64,000 bases of DNA from an uncultured Verrucomicrobiae bacterium (GCA_963828525.1 CAWHEP010000014.1:160001-224000), one strand, 5' to 3'. Counted from the first letter of the stretch, positions 1 to 11,205 are shown. The notes: generated by a model not told the origin, from the letters alone. Numbers and translations are program-made.

Positions 1-413
1 CTTCCGCCGCTGGCTACGCGCGCTTTTTTAGGCTTGATGAGCGACCGCAGGAACGTTTCTTCGGGCTTTTCAGCGGGCGCGATAGTGACCAGAGGCTTGG
101 CCTTCACGACCGGAGCCAGCTCATCCGTGCGATTCTTCAACTCGCGCAGGATGTCGCGAGGGTTTACACCGGAATCGCGGATTTGCCCGAACATCTCAAG
201 AATGTTGGTGAAACACTCCCGATCCACCTGACCTGAAACCCCGTCTTCAAGGCAGATCGTTACGTATTTCAGGGCGTATCGCTCATTTTCAGGCAGGTGC
301 TTCCTGATCTCGCTAATTGTGTGGCTGTCCAAAAGTTCACGAGTCGCGATGACCGTGTTTGTCCTGGGGTGTGAATAGACGTTGGACAGGTATTCGAGGG
401 TCAGATTCTCCAT
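1..413 (-). CDS. hypothetical protein (3' end outside window)
   Basis: Manual translation from ATG 413: MENLTLEYLSNVYSHPRTNTVIATRELL..., open to the window edge; no recognisable motif. Confidence 0.6.
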   Translation of the reverse strand, partial: MENLTLEYLSNVYSHPRTNTVIATRELLDSHTISEIRKHLPENERYALKYVTICLEDGVSGQVDRECFTNILEMFGQIRDSGVNPRDILRELKNRTDELAPVVKAKPLVTIAPAEKPEETFLRSLIKPKKARVASGG

Positions 414-494
414 GATGCGATTTCTTTCAGGTAGATGAGACAACGCGTCCCCTTCGACGTTCAACCGGCTTTCGAGAACCTCGAACCCTCTATC

Positions 495-1292
495 CTACAT
501 ATCATTATCATGGAAGGGTTCGTTGAACCGCGAGATGGATGTCGCTCTTCCGCTTGCCTCGTCGATCTCGATCAACGCTCCCCGCATCCGGACCAGGCCG
601 CGCGCGACGGGAAACTGAACAGGCAAGTTCGTGATGAACCGGGCGATGATCGGCTCGATCTCACGGCCAAGGACGGACTCGACCGGGCCGCACATGCCCG
701 CGTCGCACAGGAAAGCGGTACCTCCAGGGAAAATCGACTCATCCGCCGTCTGCACGTGGGTGTGAGTGCCGACGACCGCGGAAACTTTGCCGTCGAGGAA
801 ACGGCCCAATGCAATCTTTTCACTCGTCGTTTCACAATGCACGTCCACGAAGATAACCTTTGTCTCCTCGCGCATTCGCGCGATCTCCTCCTCCATCACA
901 CGGAACGGATTTTCCAGGATCGGGAGCATGAAAGTCCGTCCCTGGACATTTACGACTCCGACTTTTCCTTTGAGGGTATCCAATATCACCGAGCCTTGCC
1001 CGGGTGAACCAGCTGGATAGTTGATCGGCCTTAGAAGGCGCGGCTCGGTGTCTATATAGGGAATGATTTCTTTCTGATCCCAGATATGGTCTCCCGTGGT
1101 CACAACGGAGACTCCGGCGCGCAGCAGGTCGATCGTTATTTTTGGCGTAATCCCGCGTCCAGCGGCCGCGTTCTCCCCGTTCACAATCACGAAGTCGATG
1201 TCCCGCTCTTTTTTGAACCGGTGAACGGAACCAATGACAGCTCTGCGTCCCGGCTCACCCGTCACGTCACCGAGGAAAAGAATCTTTAACAT
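495..1292 (-). CDS. ymdB: TIGR00282/YmdB-family metallophosphoesterase
   Basis: LFLGDVTGEPG, NGENAAAGRG, TGDHIWD, DVHCETTSEK, GTHTHVQTAD motifs. Confidence 0.92.
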   Translation of the reverse strand: MLKILFLGDVTGEPGRRAVIGSVHRFKKERDIDFVIVNGENAAAGRGITPKITIDLLRAGVSVVTTGDHIWDQKEIIPYIDTEPRLLRPINYPAGSPGQGSVILDTLKGKVGVVNVQGRTFMLPILENPFRVMEEEIARMREETKVIFVDVHCETTSEKIALGRFLDGKVSAVVGTHTHVQTADESIFPGGTAFLCDAGMCGPVESVLGREIEPIIARFITNLPVQFPVARGLVRMRGALIEIDEASGRATSISRFNEPFHDNDM

Positions 1293-1326
1293 GGCTGGTA
1301 TCTATAGGAAGGCGGAAGGTCGAACA

Positions 1327-2682
1327 ATGAATTACGCTCCGCGCGCCGCCAGGCCCGGCAAACAGTTACTCTTGGCGCTGCGGGTCGGCATTTCCGGGTT
1401 GCTGCTTTTCGGCAGTTGCGCCTCCGGACAACTCCTCAGTCCCTTGGCGAAGCGTCCAGACTGGACTCGGCTTGACCCCTATCAGGAGACGATCACACGA
1501 GACGATTTTAGCCGGCTTCTCGCCACGTTATACGCGCCTGCTGATGCTTCCAACGGGGTGATCGAAATTTGCCCGACTTCAGCCTTGATCAAGATGACCT
1601 TTTCCCCGCCTGCCGAATACACGCTGCGGTTCGCCTCCGATCGTTCGGCGGCAAAACCGGTTCCGCGATTCTGGCATCCGGCATCGTCGTTCCAGCCCGT
1701 AAAATCTCCGCGGCGTCCCCTCGATGGGGTGAGAATCGCGCTGGACCCCGGCCACCTCGGTGGCGCGTGGGCGAAGATGGAGGAACGCTGGTTTCAGATC
1801 GGCCAGGGCCTCCCGGTTGCGGAAGGAGACATGACCCTGCTGGTCGCGCGGGCTCTGGCCGCGAGGTTGCGGGAGCTTGGCGCGCAACCGCTCATGGCGC
1901 GGAATGCCGCCGAGCCAGCCACAGCGCTGCGCCCGGCAGACCTTCGCCAGATTGCCCGCGCGGAGTTGGAAAGGCAGGGGCTGCGCTTCATCCGGGAGGC
2001 GTACAACGGTCCCGCTGATCCCTTCAAGGAGAACTCGACGCAATGGGAAAGCGAGCTCCTGTTTTACAGAACAAGTGAGATCCGCAGCAGAGCGGCACTC
2101 GTGAATGACATGCTGAAGCCCGACATCACTCTCTGTCTGCACTTCGACGCGGAGGCCTGGGGCGACCCGTCCCAACCTCGTCTCTCGGACAAGAACCACT
2201 TGCATCTCCTCATCAATGGCGGCTATAGCTCGGCGGAATTGCGTTACGACGACATCCGGCTGGATATGCTGCTCCACCTTCTCGGACGGTGTGGTGAAGA
2301 AGAGGAAAAAGCCTCCCGGATGATTGGAGAGTCACTCGCGGCGGCGACGTCGCTTCCGCCTTATCAATACACTTCCAACAACGCCCGCAGGATCGATGAT
2401 GATCCTTATCTATGGGCGCGCAACCTTCTCGCGAACCGCCTGTACGCCTGCCCAGTCGTTTACATCGAGCCTTACGTGATGAACAGCAAGCCTGTGTTCG
2501 ACAGGGTGCAGCTTGGTGACTATGAAGGCTTGAAGGAGGTGGCGGGCGTCCAACGTAAGAGCATCTATCGTGAATACGCTGACGCGGTGGCACTCGGGCT
2601 GGCCGCCTATTACACGGTGGCGAGGGCGGGTGGCGTCCCCCACGAACGGTCACCGGCGTCTCCAAGACCAGGGACGATGTAG
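1327..2682 (+). CDS. N-acetylmuramoyl-L-alanine amidase (Amidase_3-like), secreted
   Basis: Signal-peptide-like N-terminus; IALDPGHLGG, CLHFDA, YIEPYVMNS motifs. Confidence 0.75.
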   Translation: MNYAPRAARPGKQLLLALRVGISGLLLFGSCASGQLLSPLAKRPDWTRLDPYQETITRDDFSRLLATLYAPADASNGVIEICPTSALIKMTFSPPAEYTLRFASDRSAAKPVPRFWHPASSFQPVKSPRRPLDGVRIALDPGHLGGAWAKMEERWFQIGQGLPVAEGDMTLLVARALAARLRELGAQPLMARNAAEPATALRPADLRQIARAELERQGLRFIREAYNGPADPFKENSTQWESELLFYRTSEIRSRAALVNDMLKPDITLCLHFDAEAWGDPSQPRLSDKNHLHLLINGGYSSAELRYDDIRLDMLLHLLGRCGEEEEKASRMIGESLAAATSLPPYQYTSNNARRIDDDPYLWARNLLANRLYACPVVYIEPYVMNSKPVFDRVQLGDYEGLKEVAGVQRKSIYREYADAVALGLAAYYTVARAGGVPHERSPASPRPGTM

Positions 2683-3275
2683 GCGCGGTCATCGAGTCTC
2701 TCATCAATGGCGGCGGTAAAAATAGGCGTGTCGGGATGAGCGGCTCGCAGTTGGTTCAGCCCTTCAGGACAGCTTACCAGGCAGAGGAACCGGATTCGTA
2801 AGGCCCCTTTCTCCTTTAACTGGCTGATCGCGGCGGTAGCGCTCCAGCCGGTGGCAAGCATCGGGTCGAGCACAAGCACCTCAGCCTCCGCCAGATGCGA
2901 TGGCAGGTTGCAGTAGTAGCTGCTGGGTCTGTGTGTTTCCTCGTCGCGCATCAAGCCGATATGGCCAACGCTGGCGGCGGGCAGGATTCTCAGGAGACTT
3001 TCCACCATCCCAAGCCCCGCTCTGAGTATGGGGGCCAGGATCACCGCCCGCGCGAGCGCCGCGCCGGTGAACGCTGCCAGCGGGGTCTGGATGGGAAGTG
3101 GCACAGTCTCGAAGGTTTTCGTCGCTTCGTAAGCAAGCAGCGAAGTCACTTCGGAAACTCCACGCCTAAACTCCGCCGGAGCCGTTTCTTTGTCTCTAAT
3201 GAGCGCGAGGCTCGCGCGGATCAAAGGATGATCCACCAGCGTCACTCCTTCCCGACTCTCATTACTTATCGACAT
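2610..3275 (-). CDS. upp: uracil phosphoribosyltransferase
   Basis: PILRAGLGM, VLDPMLATG, YIVPGLGDAGDR motifs. Confidence 0.96.
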   Translation of the reverse strand: MSISNESREGVTLVDHPLIRASLALIRDKETAPAEFRRGVSEVTSLLAYEATKTFETVPLPIQTPLAAFTGAALARAVILAPILRAGLGMVESLLRILPAASVGHIGLMRDEETHRPSSYYCNLPSHLAEAEVLVLDPMLATGWSATAAISQLKEKGALRIRFLCLVSCPEGLNQLRAAHPDTPIFTAAIDERLDDRAYIVPGLGDAGDRSWGTPPALATV

Positions 3276-3376
3276 GTCGGGATGCTAGACAGGATCACTG
3301 CCGTTTGTCTTGAAGTTTGCTGCGACGTCCTCCATCGCCAGCAAAGAAGAGACCGCAAACCAGTCTCTGCCGGCGA

Positions 3377-3604
3377 CTACCCTTCCGTGTGCATTTTCAC
3401 CGTAAATCGGTCAATCCCGGCAAGGAAGCCAGAGATATTCGCCTCGCTCATCGATTCGAATCGGCTTGCGTGATCGATTGTAGGCGTCTTCTCTTTCAGC
3501 TCACCATACGAATCAAAAATCGCAAAGGAATTGTCCGCGTCCAGCGATAGAACATACCGTGGCCGCGCATTCGAATGCATGACTTGGAAGTTTGGCTGAT
3601 TCAT
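3377..3604 (-). CDS. small hypothetical protein (75 aa)
   Basis: Only plausible ORF between upp and the permease; sigma70-like TTGCAA...TATA just upstream on the minus strand. Confidence 0.5.
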   Translation of the reverse strand: MNQPNFQVMHSNARPRYVLSLDADNSFAIFDSYGELKEKTPTIDHASRFESMSEANISGFLAGIDRFTVKMHTEG

Positions 3605-3722
3605 ATTGGCATGCTATATACAGTCATGACCCTGGCTTGCAACCACAATCTGTAGTTGTTTTGCTTACAAGGAGCGGTTTCGATTGATTGACGGGGGTTC
3701 TAAAGGCGGTGTTTAAATCAGT

Positions 3723-5100
3723 ATGTTCGAGTCAATGACGCGCTCTGGGCAGCAACGGTTACATGTTCCCACTGTTTCGTTGATGACCGCAACCGCCCTC
3801 GTGGTGGCCAACATCATCGGGGTCGGCATCTTCACCAGCCTGGGGTTCCAGATCAGGGAAATTCCCTCTCCGTTCTCCATCATGATGCTTTGGGTCGTCG
3901 GGGGAATAGCGGCTCTTTGCGGGGCCCTGGCCTACGGCGAACTGGGCGCTGCTTTACCGCGCTCTGGGGGCGAGTATCATTTTTTGTCGCAGATTTATCA
4001 CCCAGCGCTTGGCTTCGTCGCGGGGTGGACGTCGGCTACGGTGGGGTTCGCCGCTCCGGTGGCTCTTGCCGCGATTGCGTTCGAAACCTATTTACGCGCC
4101 GTTTTCCCGGCAATGCCGCCGTTGCCATTTTCATTTGCCGTCGTTTGGTTTATCGGGCTGTTCCATTTTCGCAATCGGCGCTTGGGCGGATTGTTCCAGG
4201 ACATCTTCACTGTGGTGAAGGTGCTTCTGATTCTCGGATTCATAATAGCCGGATTAATGTGTTCCAAATCACAGGCCATCTCTTTCCTGCCTGCGACAGC
4301 GCGACCCGGGCCTTATTTTCGGCGGCTCCTTCGCCATCAGCCTTGTCTATGTGATGTATTCCTACTCCGGATGGAACGCCTCCACGTATATCGCGGGAGA
4401 AGTGCGAAATCCGGGCCGGATGATCCCTCTCTCACTGTTGATCGGCACGACCTTCGTGATGGTGCTCTACATCGCCTTGAACGCGGTTTTCATCCGAAGC
4501 ACCCCAGCAGCTGAGCTTTCGGGCCAATTGGATGTGGCGTTCGTTGCCGGCAAACACATCTTCGGAGTAATGGGTGGCCGCATAATGGGAGGGCTGATCT
4601 GCATCGGGCTGATTTCCTCCATCAGCTCCATGACCTGGATCGGCCCGCGCGTGAGCATGGCGATGGGCGAAGATCTTGTGCTGCTCGGCTTCCTCGCCAG
4701 GCGGACGCGACGATGGCACCCCGGCGGTCGCGGTGGTCTTCCAGGTCGCTGTGGTAACACTGCTGCTGGCCACGGCCAGTTTCGAAAAGATTAATACGTT
4801 CGTGCAGCTCACCCTTACTCTGTGCTCTTTTCTTACCGTGCTCGGAGTGATCGTGCTTCGCTTCACACGTCCGGCACTTCCGCGTCCTTATAAGACATGG
4901 GGCTACCCTTTCACCCCTCTGCTCTTCCTGGCATCACCGCCTTGATGATGTTCCATATTATAAGGTCGCGCCCTGTGGAATCCATCGCGGGTCTTGGGAC
5001 AATGCTGCTCGGCTTGCTTTTCTATTTTGCGTCTCCGCGCCCGAAACCGCAAAAGTGTGGTCGAAGAACGTATGAATGCTCTAGAGTGCTCCGCCGATGA
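3723..5100 (+). CDS. APC-family amino acid permease (split by about 3 frameshifts, probably sequencing indels)
   Basis: IIGVGIF, YGELGAALPRSGGEYHFL, YSYSGWNASTYIAGEVRNP, RPYKTWGYP found in successive frames. Confidence 0.85.
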
Positions 5101-6194
5101 CAGTCTTCGAGACAAAGCTGCTTCGCGGTTTGCTCGCGTTCCTGGTTACATTCGCGGGTGTCCCGAGGTTGTTGCGCTGAGGCTCCGACGGCTGATGAAA
5201 CAGCTCGGTTTCTCGCCGGGTATGTCCGCGCCGGCCGGGTCGGCTCTCGACGCGTTTAACAACGAGCCGAACTGGATCGAGCATGCGCGTTCCATGGATA
5301 CCAATTGGGCGAAACTTGAGCACTGGCGTTTAAGCCGCATACGCCTTTGGTCAGCCGCTGTCATCCAGGAGAGTAAGCCCGTGGTCTACTATATGTTCAG
5401 CGGGCCGGACTACCTTTACGTCGACGCGTTTTTTCCGAACGCTTCCACATATGTCCTGTGCGGGACTGAAGCGGTGGGAGCCTTACCCGGATGTGCTGCA
5501 ACAACAGCGAAGACCCTTCCCGCGGGATTGCACAATCTCGAGGCTTCACTCCATAGCGCTGTGAATTTCAGCTTCTTCATCACCAAGGACATGCGGAAAG
5601 ACCTTCAGATTGAGGAGTTCGGGGGGACGCTGCCTCTTCTTCTGATGTTCCTCGCGAGATCGAACAAACATGTAGTCGGACGTGAGTTTCGTCAGCCTTG
5701 ACCGGGGCGGCTCTGTGCATTCTCCCGCAGGAAAGGGAGAGACTCCTGGTGTGAAGATCACGTTCAACTCCGCCGCCAATTCCTCGTCCCGCTCGCTTTA
5801 CTATTTCAATACAGACATCTCGGACGACGGAATACGGAAGAACCCGGGCTTTCTGAAATTCTGCGACGGGTTGGGGAAGGGGGATAGCTTCCTCAAATCG
5901 GCCTCCTATCTTTTGCACCAGGGTGGGTTCGCCACCATCCGGAACTTCCTGCTAAACCGCAGCGACACGATAGTGCAGGATGACTCCGGCATTCCAATCA
6001 GCTACCTCGTGAGCAAGGATTGGACTTTGCGACTCTTCGGCAGCTACAGCGGGCCCATCGATCTCTTCAAACAAAATTTCCAGCCTCAACTCAAGGATCT
6101 CTACGCCAGGAGCAACGCCCCGCCTCTTGATTTCGGAGTCGGTTATCGCTATCTCCCCCGTCAGACGACGTTGATTGTCGCTGTGCGTCGGTGA
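5072..6194 (+). CDS. conserved hypothetical protein (frameshifted near 5690)
   Basis: Contiguous protein-like ORFs (YYMFSGPDYLY...FSFFITKDM; KSASYLLH...QDDSGIP...DFGVGYR); follows the permease directly. Confidence 0.65.
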
Positions 6195-6248
6195 CGATTT
6201 TTGCGGTTGCATGCGGGGAGAACTCGCGGATGGTTGCGCCTTTGATTC

Positions 6249-7457
6249 ATGGCAAGTAAGAAGACCCAGAAGCTCATCATTTTCGTCACTGTCGTGATCG
6301 ACATGATCGGCTTTGGAATCGTCATACCGGTTCTACCGCTTTACGCGGAACGGTTCGGCGCGTCCACCCTGGCAATCGGCCTCCTCGCGGGCGTTTACTC
6401 GCTCATGCAACTGGTCTGCGCGCCGCTTTTTGGCAGGCTCTCAGATCGGATCGGGAGACGCCCGGTGCTCCTTACCAGCATCTGCGGGACCGCAATCGGC
6501 TTCGCTGTCATGGGCATGGCGAACACACTCTGGATGCTCTTCCTTGCGCGCATCATTGATGGCATCAGCGGCGGAAACATTTCAACCGCGCAGGCTTACA
6601 TCGCCGATATCACGCCAGCGGAAGACCGCTCGAAATCCATGGGCCTGATTGGCGCTGCTTTCGGTATCGGGTTTGTTTTCGGCCCGATGATCGGCGGGTG
6701 GGCAAGCAAATCCTCCCTGCAGGCGCCGTTCTATTTCGCGGCGGCGTTGGCTGCCCTGAATGCCGTTCTGGTGTTCTTCATCCTTCCTGAAAGCCTCGAC
6801 CGCGAGCATCGCAGCCGTCCGCATGAAGACGCCTCCATCGCGGAAGTATTCCGTCACGGAAAAGGGTGGGTGCTTGGCAGCATTATGCTGACCTATCTTT
6901 TTTCGATCACCGGCTTTGCGATCATGACCACCCTGTTTGCTCTCTTCACCGAGCATCGGTTTGGATACGACGCGAGGCATAATGGCTACCTGTTCGCCTA
7001 CATCGGCACACTCGGCGTGGTAATCCAGGGAGGTCTCCTTGGCCGCCTGGTCAAAGCTTTCGGAGAAAAGACCCTCGCCACGCTGGGAGCGGCATTCCTC
7101 GCTGTGAGCATGTTCGCTCTGCCGCTTTGCAACGGGTTGGGGATTCTCATGATTGTCTGCGGAGGCATCGCGTTGGGCAACGGCTTCCTGACGCCCACGC
7201 TCAACGGCCTCGCCTCCAGAAACGTAGATCGGAGCTGGCAGGGACGCGCAATGGGGCTGATGCAATCCTCTGGAAGCCTCGGGCGTTTCCTCGGGCCGAT
7301 GCTCGCCGGATGGCTCCTCACTTATGACGCGGCTGCCCATTACGCGCAGGCCGCCTGCTGGGCGAGTGGCTGGATCATGGTCGCCACCCTTGGCTTGACC
7401 CTTTGGATTTCCAGCACTGCGGAGGCGAAGGAGCCAGTCGCCGCGCAGGCGACTTAG
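6249..7457 (+). CDS. MFS transporter, TetA/DHA1-like
   Basis: DMIGFGIVIPVLP, GRLSDRIGRRP motif A, ARIIDGISGGN; about 12 hydrophobic segments. Confidence 0.92.
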   Translation: MASKKTQKLIIFVTVVIDMIGFGIVIPVLPLYAERFGASTLAIGLLAGVYSLMQLVCAPLFGRLSDRIGRRPVLLTSICGTAIGFAVMGMANTLWMLFLARIIDGISGGNISTAQAYIADITPAEDRSKSMGLIGAAFGIGFVFGPMIGGWASKSSLQAPFYFAAALAALNAVLVFFILPESLDREHRSRPHEDASIAEVFRHGKGWVLGSIMLTYLFSITGFAIMTTLFALFTEHRFGYDARHNGYLFAYIGTLGVVIQGGLLGRLVKAFGEKTLATLGAAFLAVSMFALPLCNGLGILMIVCGGIALGNGFLTPTLNGLASRNVDRSWQGRAMGLMQSSGSLGRFLGPMLAGWLLTYDAAAHYAQAACWASGWIMVATLGLTLWISSTAEAKEPVAAQAT

Positions 7458-7486
7458 TCCGTTAGTGGGATACCCCAAGGGCGCAA

Positions 7487-9808
7487 TTGATCCCGAGCAA
7501 TTGGGTCGCTTCCCTGAAAAGGCGACGATTGCCATTCCTCGGTCTGGTGATCTGCGCGGCCGCCGGCATCTGCATTGCCGACCGATGCGCGGTAAGTCCT
7601 CTGCCAGTAGCGCTGGGTTTGATAGTTGCTGGTCTGGCTCTTCTTTTCCGGCCATGGCTCCCCGGTAGCTTCGCTTTCACCGCCGGAGTTTTCTTCCTGC
7701 TCCACACTCTGAACTGCCAGTTTAATCCCGCGCGGCTGCTGTCCAGGGAGATTGCCGGGCAATCCGTCGCGATTCGCGCCACGGGCGTGGTCATCAGCGA
7801 ACCTGAGACAAAGCAGGGATACCGGGGCTCCGTCACCACGCAATTCTGGCTGCGAACGGAAAAACTCGAAGGGCTTACGGCGGACTCCGCCGGCGCCATC
7901 GTGCTCGCGCGCTGGGGCGGACAGGGAGTCAGCTACGGAGATCGAGTATCGCTTGCAGGGACGATCGCGAACATTCCCTGCCCGCGCAACCCAGCGCAGT
8001 TTGACTATGCCGGATACCTCCGCCGCTTGAACATCTACTCGGAGTTGGACGCCCGGTTTCCGACAGACTGCAAGGTGGATGCCACCGGCTTGGGAAACGC
8101 CCTGTTCGCCCGCGCCATTCGCGCGCGGGCGTGGATGCAGAGCAAGCTTACGATGGACCTTCAGGATGCCCCGGAAGCCGCCGGCCTCGTGCAAAGCCTC
8201 GTCCTGGGTTTGAAGCGCGAAACGCCGGAGAACATCAAGGAATTGTTTCGACGCACCGGCACTCTGCATCTCTTTACTGTGAACGGCCTGCATATTGGCA
8301 TGCTTGCGACCATCGCGTCTTTTCTTCTTCGTCCGCTTCGCATCGGGCGCAAGCGGGCGGTCTTCATCATCATTCCCTTGTTAATCTTCTACGCCGAAAT
8401 CACCGGATTCAGCACGGGAAGCATCCGCGCGACCATCATGGCATGCGTGCTCCTCGGGGGAGAACTCTTCGACCGTCGCCCCCTTTCCCTGAACAGTCTC
8501 GCCGGAGCCGCTTTCCTGATTCTGGCGAGAGACACGAATGAGCTCTTCATGCCGGGATTCCAGTTTTCGTTCGGAGTGGTGGCCGCCATCATCCTCCTGG
8601 CGGGCCCGATTCGGAGCTTCCTCTCGCGCCTTTGGCAGCCCGATCCCTTTCTGCCCCGCGAGCTCTGGGGTAGGTGGCTTACGGCGCGATACCACGCCAA
8701 CCGATGGCTTGTCCAGCTTGCCAGCGTCTCGATTGCCGCCTGGATCGGCTCCATCCCGTTTACCGGGTTTTACTTTCATCTCGCCACCCCATCCGCGGTC
8801 CTGGTGAATCTCGCCGTGGTTCCCCTGGCATTTGCCATTCTAGCCGAAGGCGTGCTGGCCCTCCTGTCTGCCCCGTTCTGGAACGCGCTCGTCATCGTAT
8901 TCAATAACGCAAACTGGGTTCTCGCGAAGTTTCTGCTCCTGCCTGTCGTGCAATTCTTCTCCGTCCTCCCGGCGGGTCACTTCTATCTGGAACTCCCGCG
9001 CCTCTCGCCGCCAACTTGCGAGATCGCCGTGTTCGATCTTGGCGAAGGGGGAGCCGCTCACCTCCGCGCCGGTGGCAGGGATTGGCTCATCGATACCGGC
9101 AACAAATTTCCCTACGGGGAGATCGTGCGGCCATACCTGCGGAGTCGTGGCGTCAACCGGCTTGATGGACTTGTCATCACTCATGGCAGTTCCAAAGACA
9201 TGGGCGGCGCGTCGGAAGCTCTCTCCGACTTCGATCCCCGGTGCGTCATCGACTCGCCACTCACCGACAGGTCGCGTATTCGAAAAGCCTTCGAGGAGGA
9301 GCTGCAAGCCAGGAAGACTCCACCAGCAGTCCGCCAGAGGGGCGACACCATACAGATCACGGAAAAGGTCCGTCTCCGCGTCCTGTATCCCCCGGCAGAC
9401 CTGATTGCTCGCGCGGCGGATGACAAGGCGCTCGTCCTGCTCGTTGAAGCGGCAGGCTCGCGTGTTCTTCTCATGTCAGACAGTGGCTTCTTTACTGAGC
9501 ATTGGCTGCTGGAACATGAACCCGGTCTCCGCTGCGACATTATCATTAAAGGACAGCACAGTTCGGACGCTTCAGGCGCCATGGATTTCATCCGGGCCGC
9601 CCAGCCCAAAGTGATTATATGCGGCACAGGCAGATTCTCTCCGAGCGCGAAGATTTCCGACTCCTGGGCGGCGGACGTCGTCGCGCGCGGCATCGCTCTG
9701 TTCCGGCAGGATAAAACCGGTGAAGTATCCGTCTCCCTGAACAGCGGGAGCTATTTGGTCAAATCATTTCTGGACGGACAAACGGTTCGGGGTCTCAGTG
9801 GGAAATGA
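7487..9808 (+). CDS. comEC: ComEC/Rec2 DNA-uptake competence protein
   Basis: RNPAQFDYAGYL, TGTLHLFTVNGLHIG, GFQFSF competence domain; C-terminal metallo-beta-lactamase-like domain (FDLGEG, LIDTG, ITHG). Confidence 0.9.
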   Translation: MIPSNWVASLKRRRLPFLGLVICAAAGICIADRCAVSPLPVALGLIVAGLALLFRPWLPGSFAFTAGVFFLLHTLNCQFNPARLLSREIAGQSVAIRATGVVISEPETKQGYRGSVTTQFWLRTEKLEGLTADSAGAIVLARWGGQGVSYGDRVSLAGTIANIPCPRNPAQFDYAGYLRRLNIYSELDARFPTDCKVDATGLGNALFARAIRARAWMQSKLTMDLQDAPEAAGLVQSLVLGLKRETPENIKELFRRTGTLHLFTVNGLHIGMLATIASFLLRPLRIGRKRAVFIIIPLLIFYAEITGFSTGSIRATIMACVLLGGELFDRRPLSLNSLAGAAFLILARDTNELFMPGFQFSFGVVAAIILLAGPIRSFLSRLWQPDPFLPRELWGRWLTARYHANRWLVQLASVSIAAWIGSIPFTGFYFHLATPSAVLVNLAVVPLAFAILAEGVLALLSAPFWNALVIVFNNANWVLAKFLLLPVVQFFSVLPAGHFYLELPRLSPPTCEIAVFDLGEGGAAHLRAGGRDWLIDTGNKFPYGEIVRPYLRSRGVNRLDGLVITHGSSKDMGGASEALSDFDPRCVIDSPLTDRSRIRKAFEEELQARKTPPAVRQRGDTIQITEKVRLRVLYPPADLIARAADDKALVLLVEAAGSRVLLMSDSGFFTEHWLLEHEPGLRCDIIIKGQHSSDASGAMDFIRAAQPKVIICGTGRFSPSAKISDSWAADVVARGIALFRQDKTGEVSVSLNSGSYLVKSFLDGQTVRGLSGK

Positions 9809-9970
9809 AACGCGGTCGAACCGTTGCGTCAGCCTGAGACCCGTACCGGAGACCGCCCGCGTCACGTTGAGCGAAATCCTACGGCTCGCCACTAGGAAGC
9901 CACCGCTGTGCCGTGGAGATCGTCGCCGATATTGCCCGCGGTCGCCGTACCGCCTGATATGGAGCCCAAG

Positions 9971-10150
9971 ATGAGCACGCTTCACGACGGCGATCGGGCG
10001 TCTGGATCCGAGGGAGAAGGCGATTCTGACTGCGGAACCGTTCGCGATGGAGTCCGAGCCGGGCGGGATGGAACTGGAAGCGGCGCTCAAACGGGGCTGC
10101 GCCACGTTGAAGCGAGGCGGGTGCGCCCGATTGAGGGTAAGACCTCATTT
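9971..10150 (+). pseudogene. antitoxin remnant (addiction-module type), frameshifted
   Basis: Across frames reads MSTL..TAIGRLDPREKAILTAE.FAMESEP...ELEAALKRGLRHVEA.RVRPIE; directly upstream of a ParE-like fragment. Confidence 0.5.
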
Positions 10151-10155
10151 CGCGG

Positions 10156-10290
10156 TGGATTTCAAAGTCCTGATTGGCGATAACGCCTTGAACGATCTCC
10201 GGGAAATCGTCGATTTCATTGCGGAAGACGATCCAGGGGCGGCGGCCCGCCTCGGCGAAAAACTCATGGCCCCGGCGATGGACTTGGCAA
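10156..10290 (+). pseudogene. RelE/ParE toxin N-terminal fragment
   Basis: (V)DFKVLIGDNALNDLREIVDFIAEDDPGAAARLGEKL is a typical ParE N-terminus; truncated and joined to RHS sequence. Confidence 0.7.
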
Positions 10291-11202
10291 ATCTGTCAAA
10301 CCCCGCTGGAACTCCCTCCAGTGCCCAGAGCGCGGAAACGTTCACCTACGACGCCGCTGGCAATCGCGGAAGCCTGACTCTTAACGGCACATCCACCAGC
10401 TATAGCGCAAACACGGTTAACCAATATACCAAGGCTGGCAGCAACTCCCTTGGCTATGACGGTAATGGGAACCTGTCCGTGGGGCTGGCAGGATCCACTT
10501 CGTGGACCTATGATGCTCAGAACCGGATGGTGAGCGCAGTTGCCGCAAACGGAGTGACGATGACGATAGCCTACGATGCTCTAAACCGCCCCGTGATGCG
10601 GATCGAGACGACTGGCTCCGCTCCCACGTTCCTGGTGTATGATGGCTGGAACCTGGTGGATGAATATGCTGGGAATGCGCTTCAGTATAGTTACCTCCAC
10701 GGGGCGCAGCCCGATGAGATGCTTACCCGAACGGATAGTGGAGGCAATGCCGTGTACTATCTCCGCGACGGACTGGGAAGCGTGAAGGCATTGACCGATG
10801 CGAGCGCGAACGTGCTCGAGATTTACGCGTATGACGTGTACGGTCAACCGAGCCTTCAGCACTGCGGCCGGTGCGCCGCTCACTGGGTCCTCGAACGGGA
10901 ACCGGTTCCTTTACACGGGGCGGGAGTATTTGCCAGACATCGGCGTTTATGATTACCGCAATCGGCTCTACTCCGCCAATCTTGGAAGGTTCATGCAGGC
11001 TGATCCTATTAGAGTCGCTTTAACTGAGGGTCGTTTTAGCCGCGATTTGTTGGAGTTGGCGGAAGATATCAACTTGTATCGCTATACATTGAACGATCCG
11101 ATCAACCTAATCGATCCTACCGGGCTAAAAACCTGCTGGGGAGAGTCTCGGGGTCGTGTCTCAACAGTTGACATTGATGGCCTTTCGTTTCGATTCTCAT
11201 AG
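10291..11202 (+). pseudogene. RHS repeat-associated core fragment, toxin tip truncated
   Basis: YD repeats (TYDAAGNR, YDGNGNL, YDAQNRM, YDALNR), LRDGLGSV, YTGREY...YDYRNRLY...GRFMQADPI, NLYRY...DPINLIDPTGL; frameshift near 10860. Confidence 0.88.
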
Positions 11203-11205
11203 TTG

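Noticed and set aside
2610..2682. 73-bp convergent overlap of amidase and upp as an antisense system
   Set aside because: Both tails are non-conserved extensions; likely stop-codon drift or an indel.
6582..8293. Long antisense ORFs (e.g. 6582-7655, 7454-8293; also 23066-24160, 30440-31513, 33483-34613)
   Set aside because: Shadow ORFs opposite well-supported genes in GC-rich DNA, with no motifs of their own.
10047..10952. 301-aa ORF that looks like a novel ParE-RHS fusion
   Set aside because: It strings together an antitoxin remnant, a truncated ParE N-terminus and an RHS fragment lacking its N-terminus; best explained by a deletion junction that happens to be in frame.
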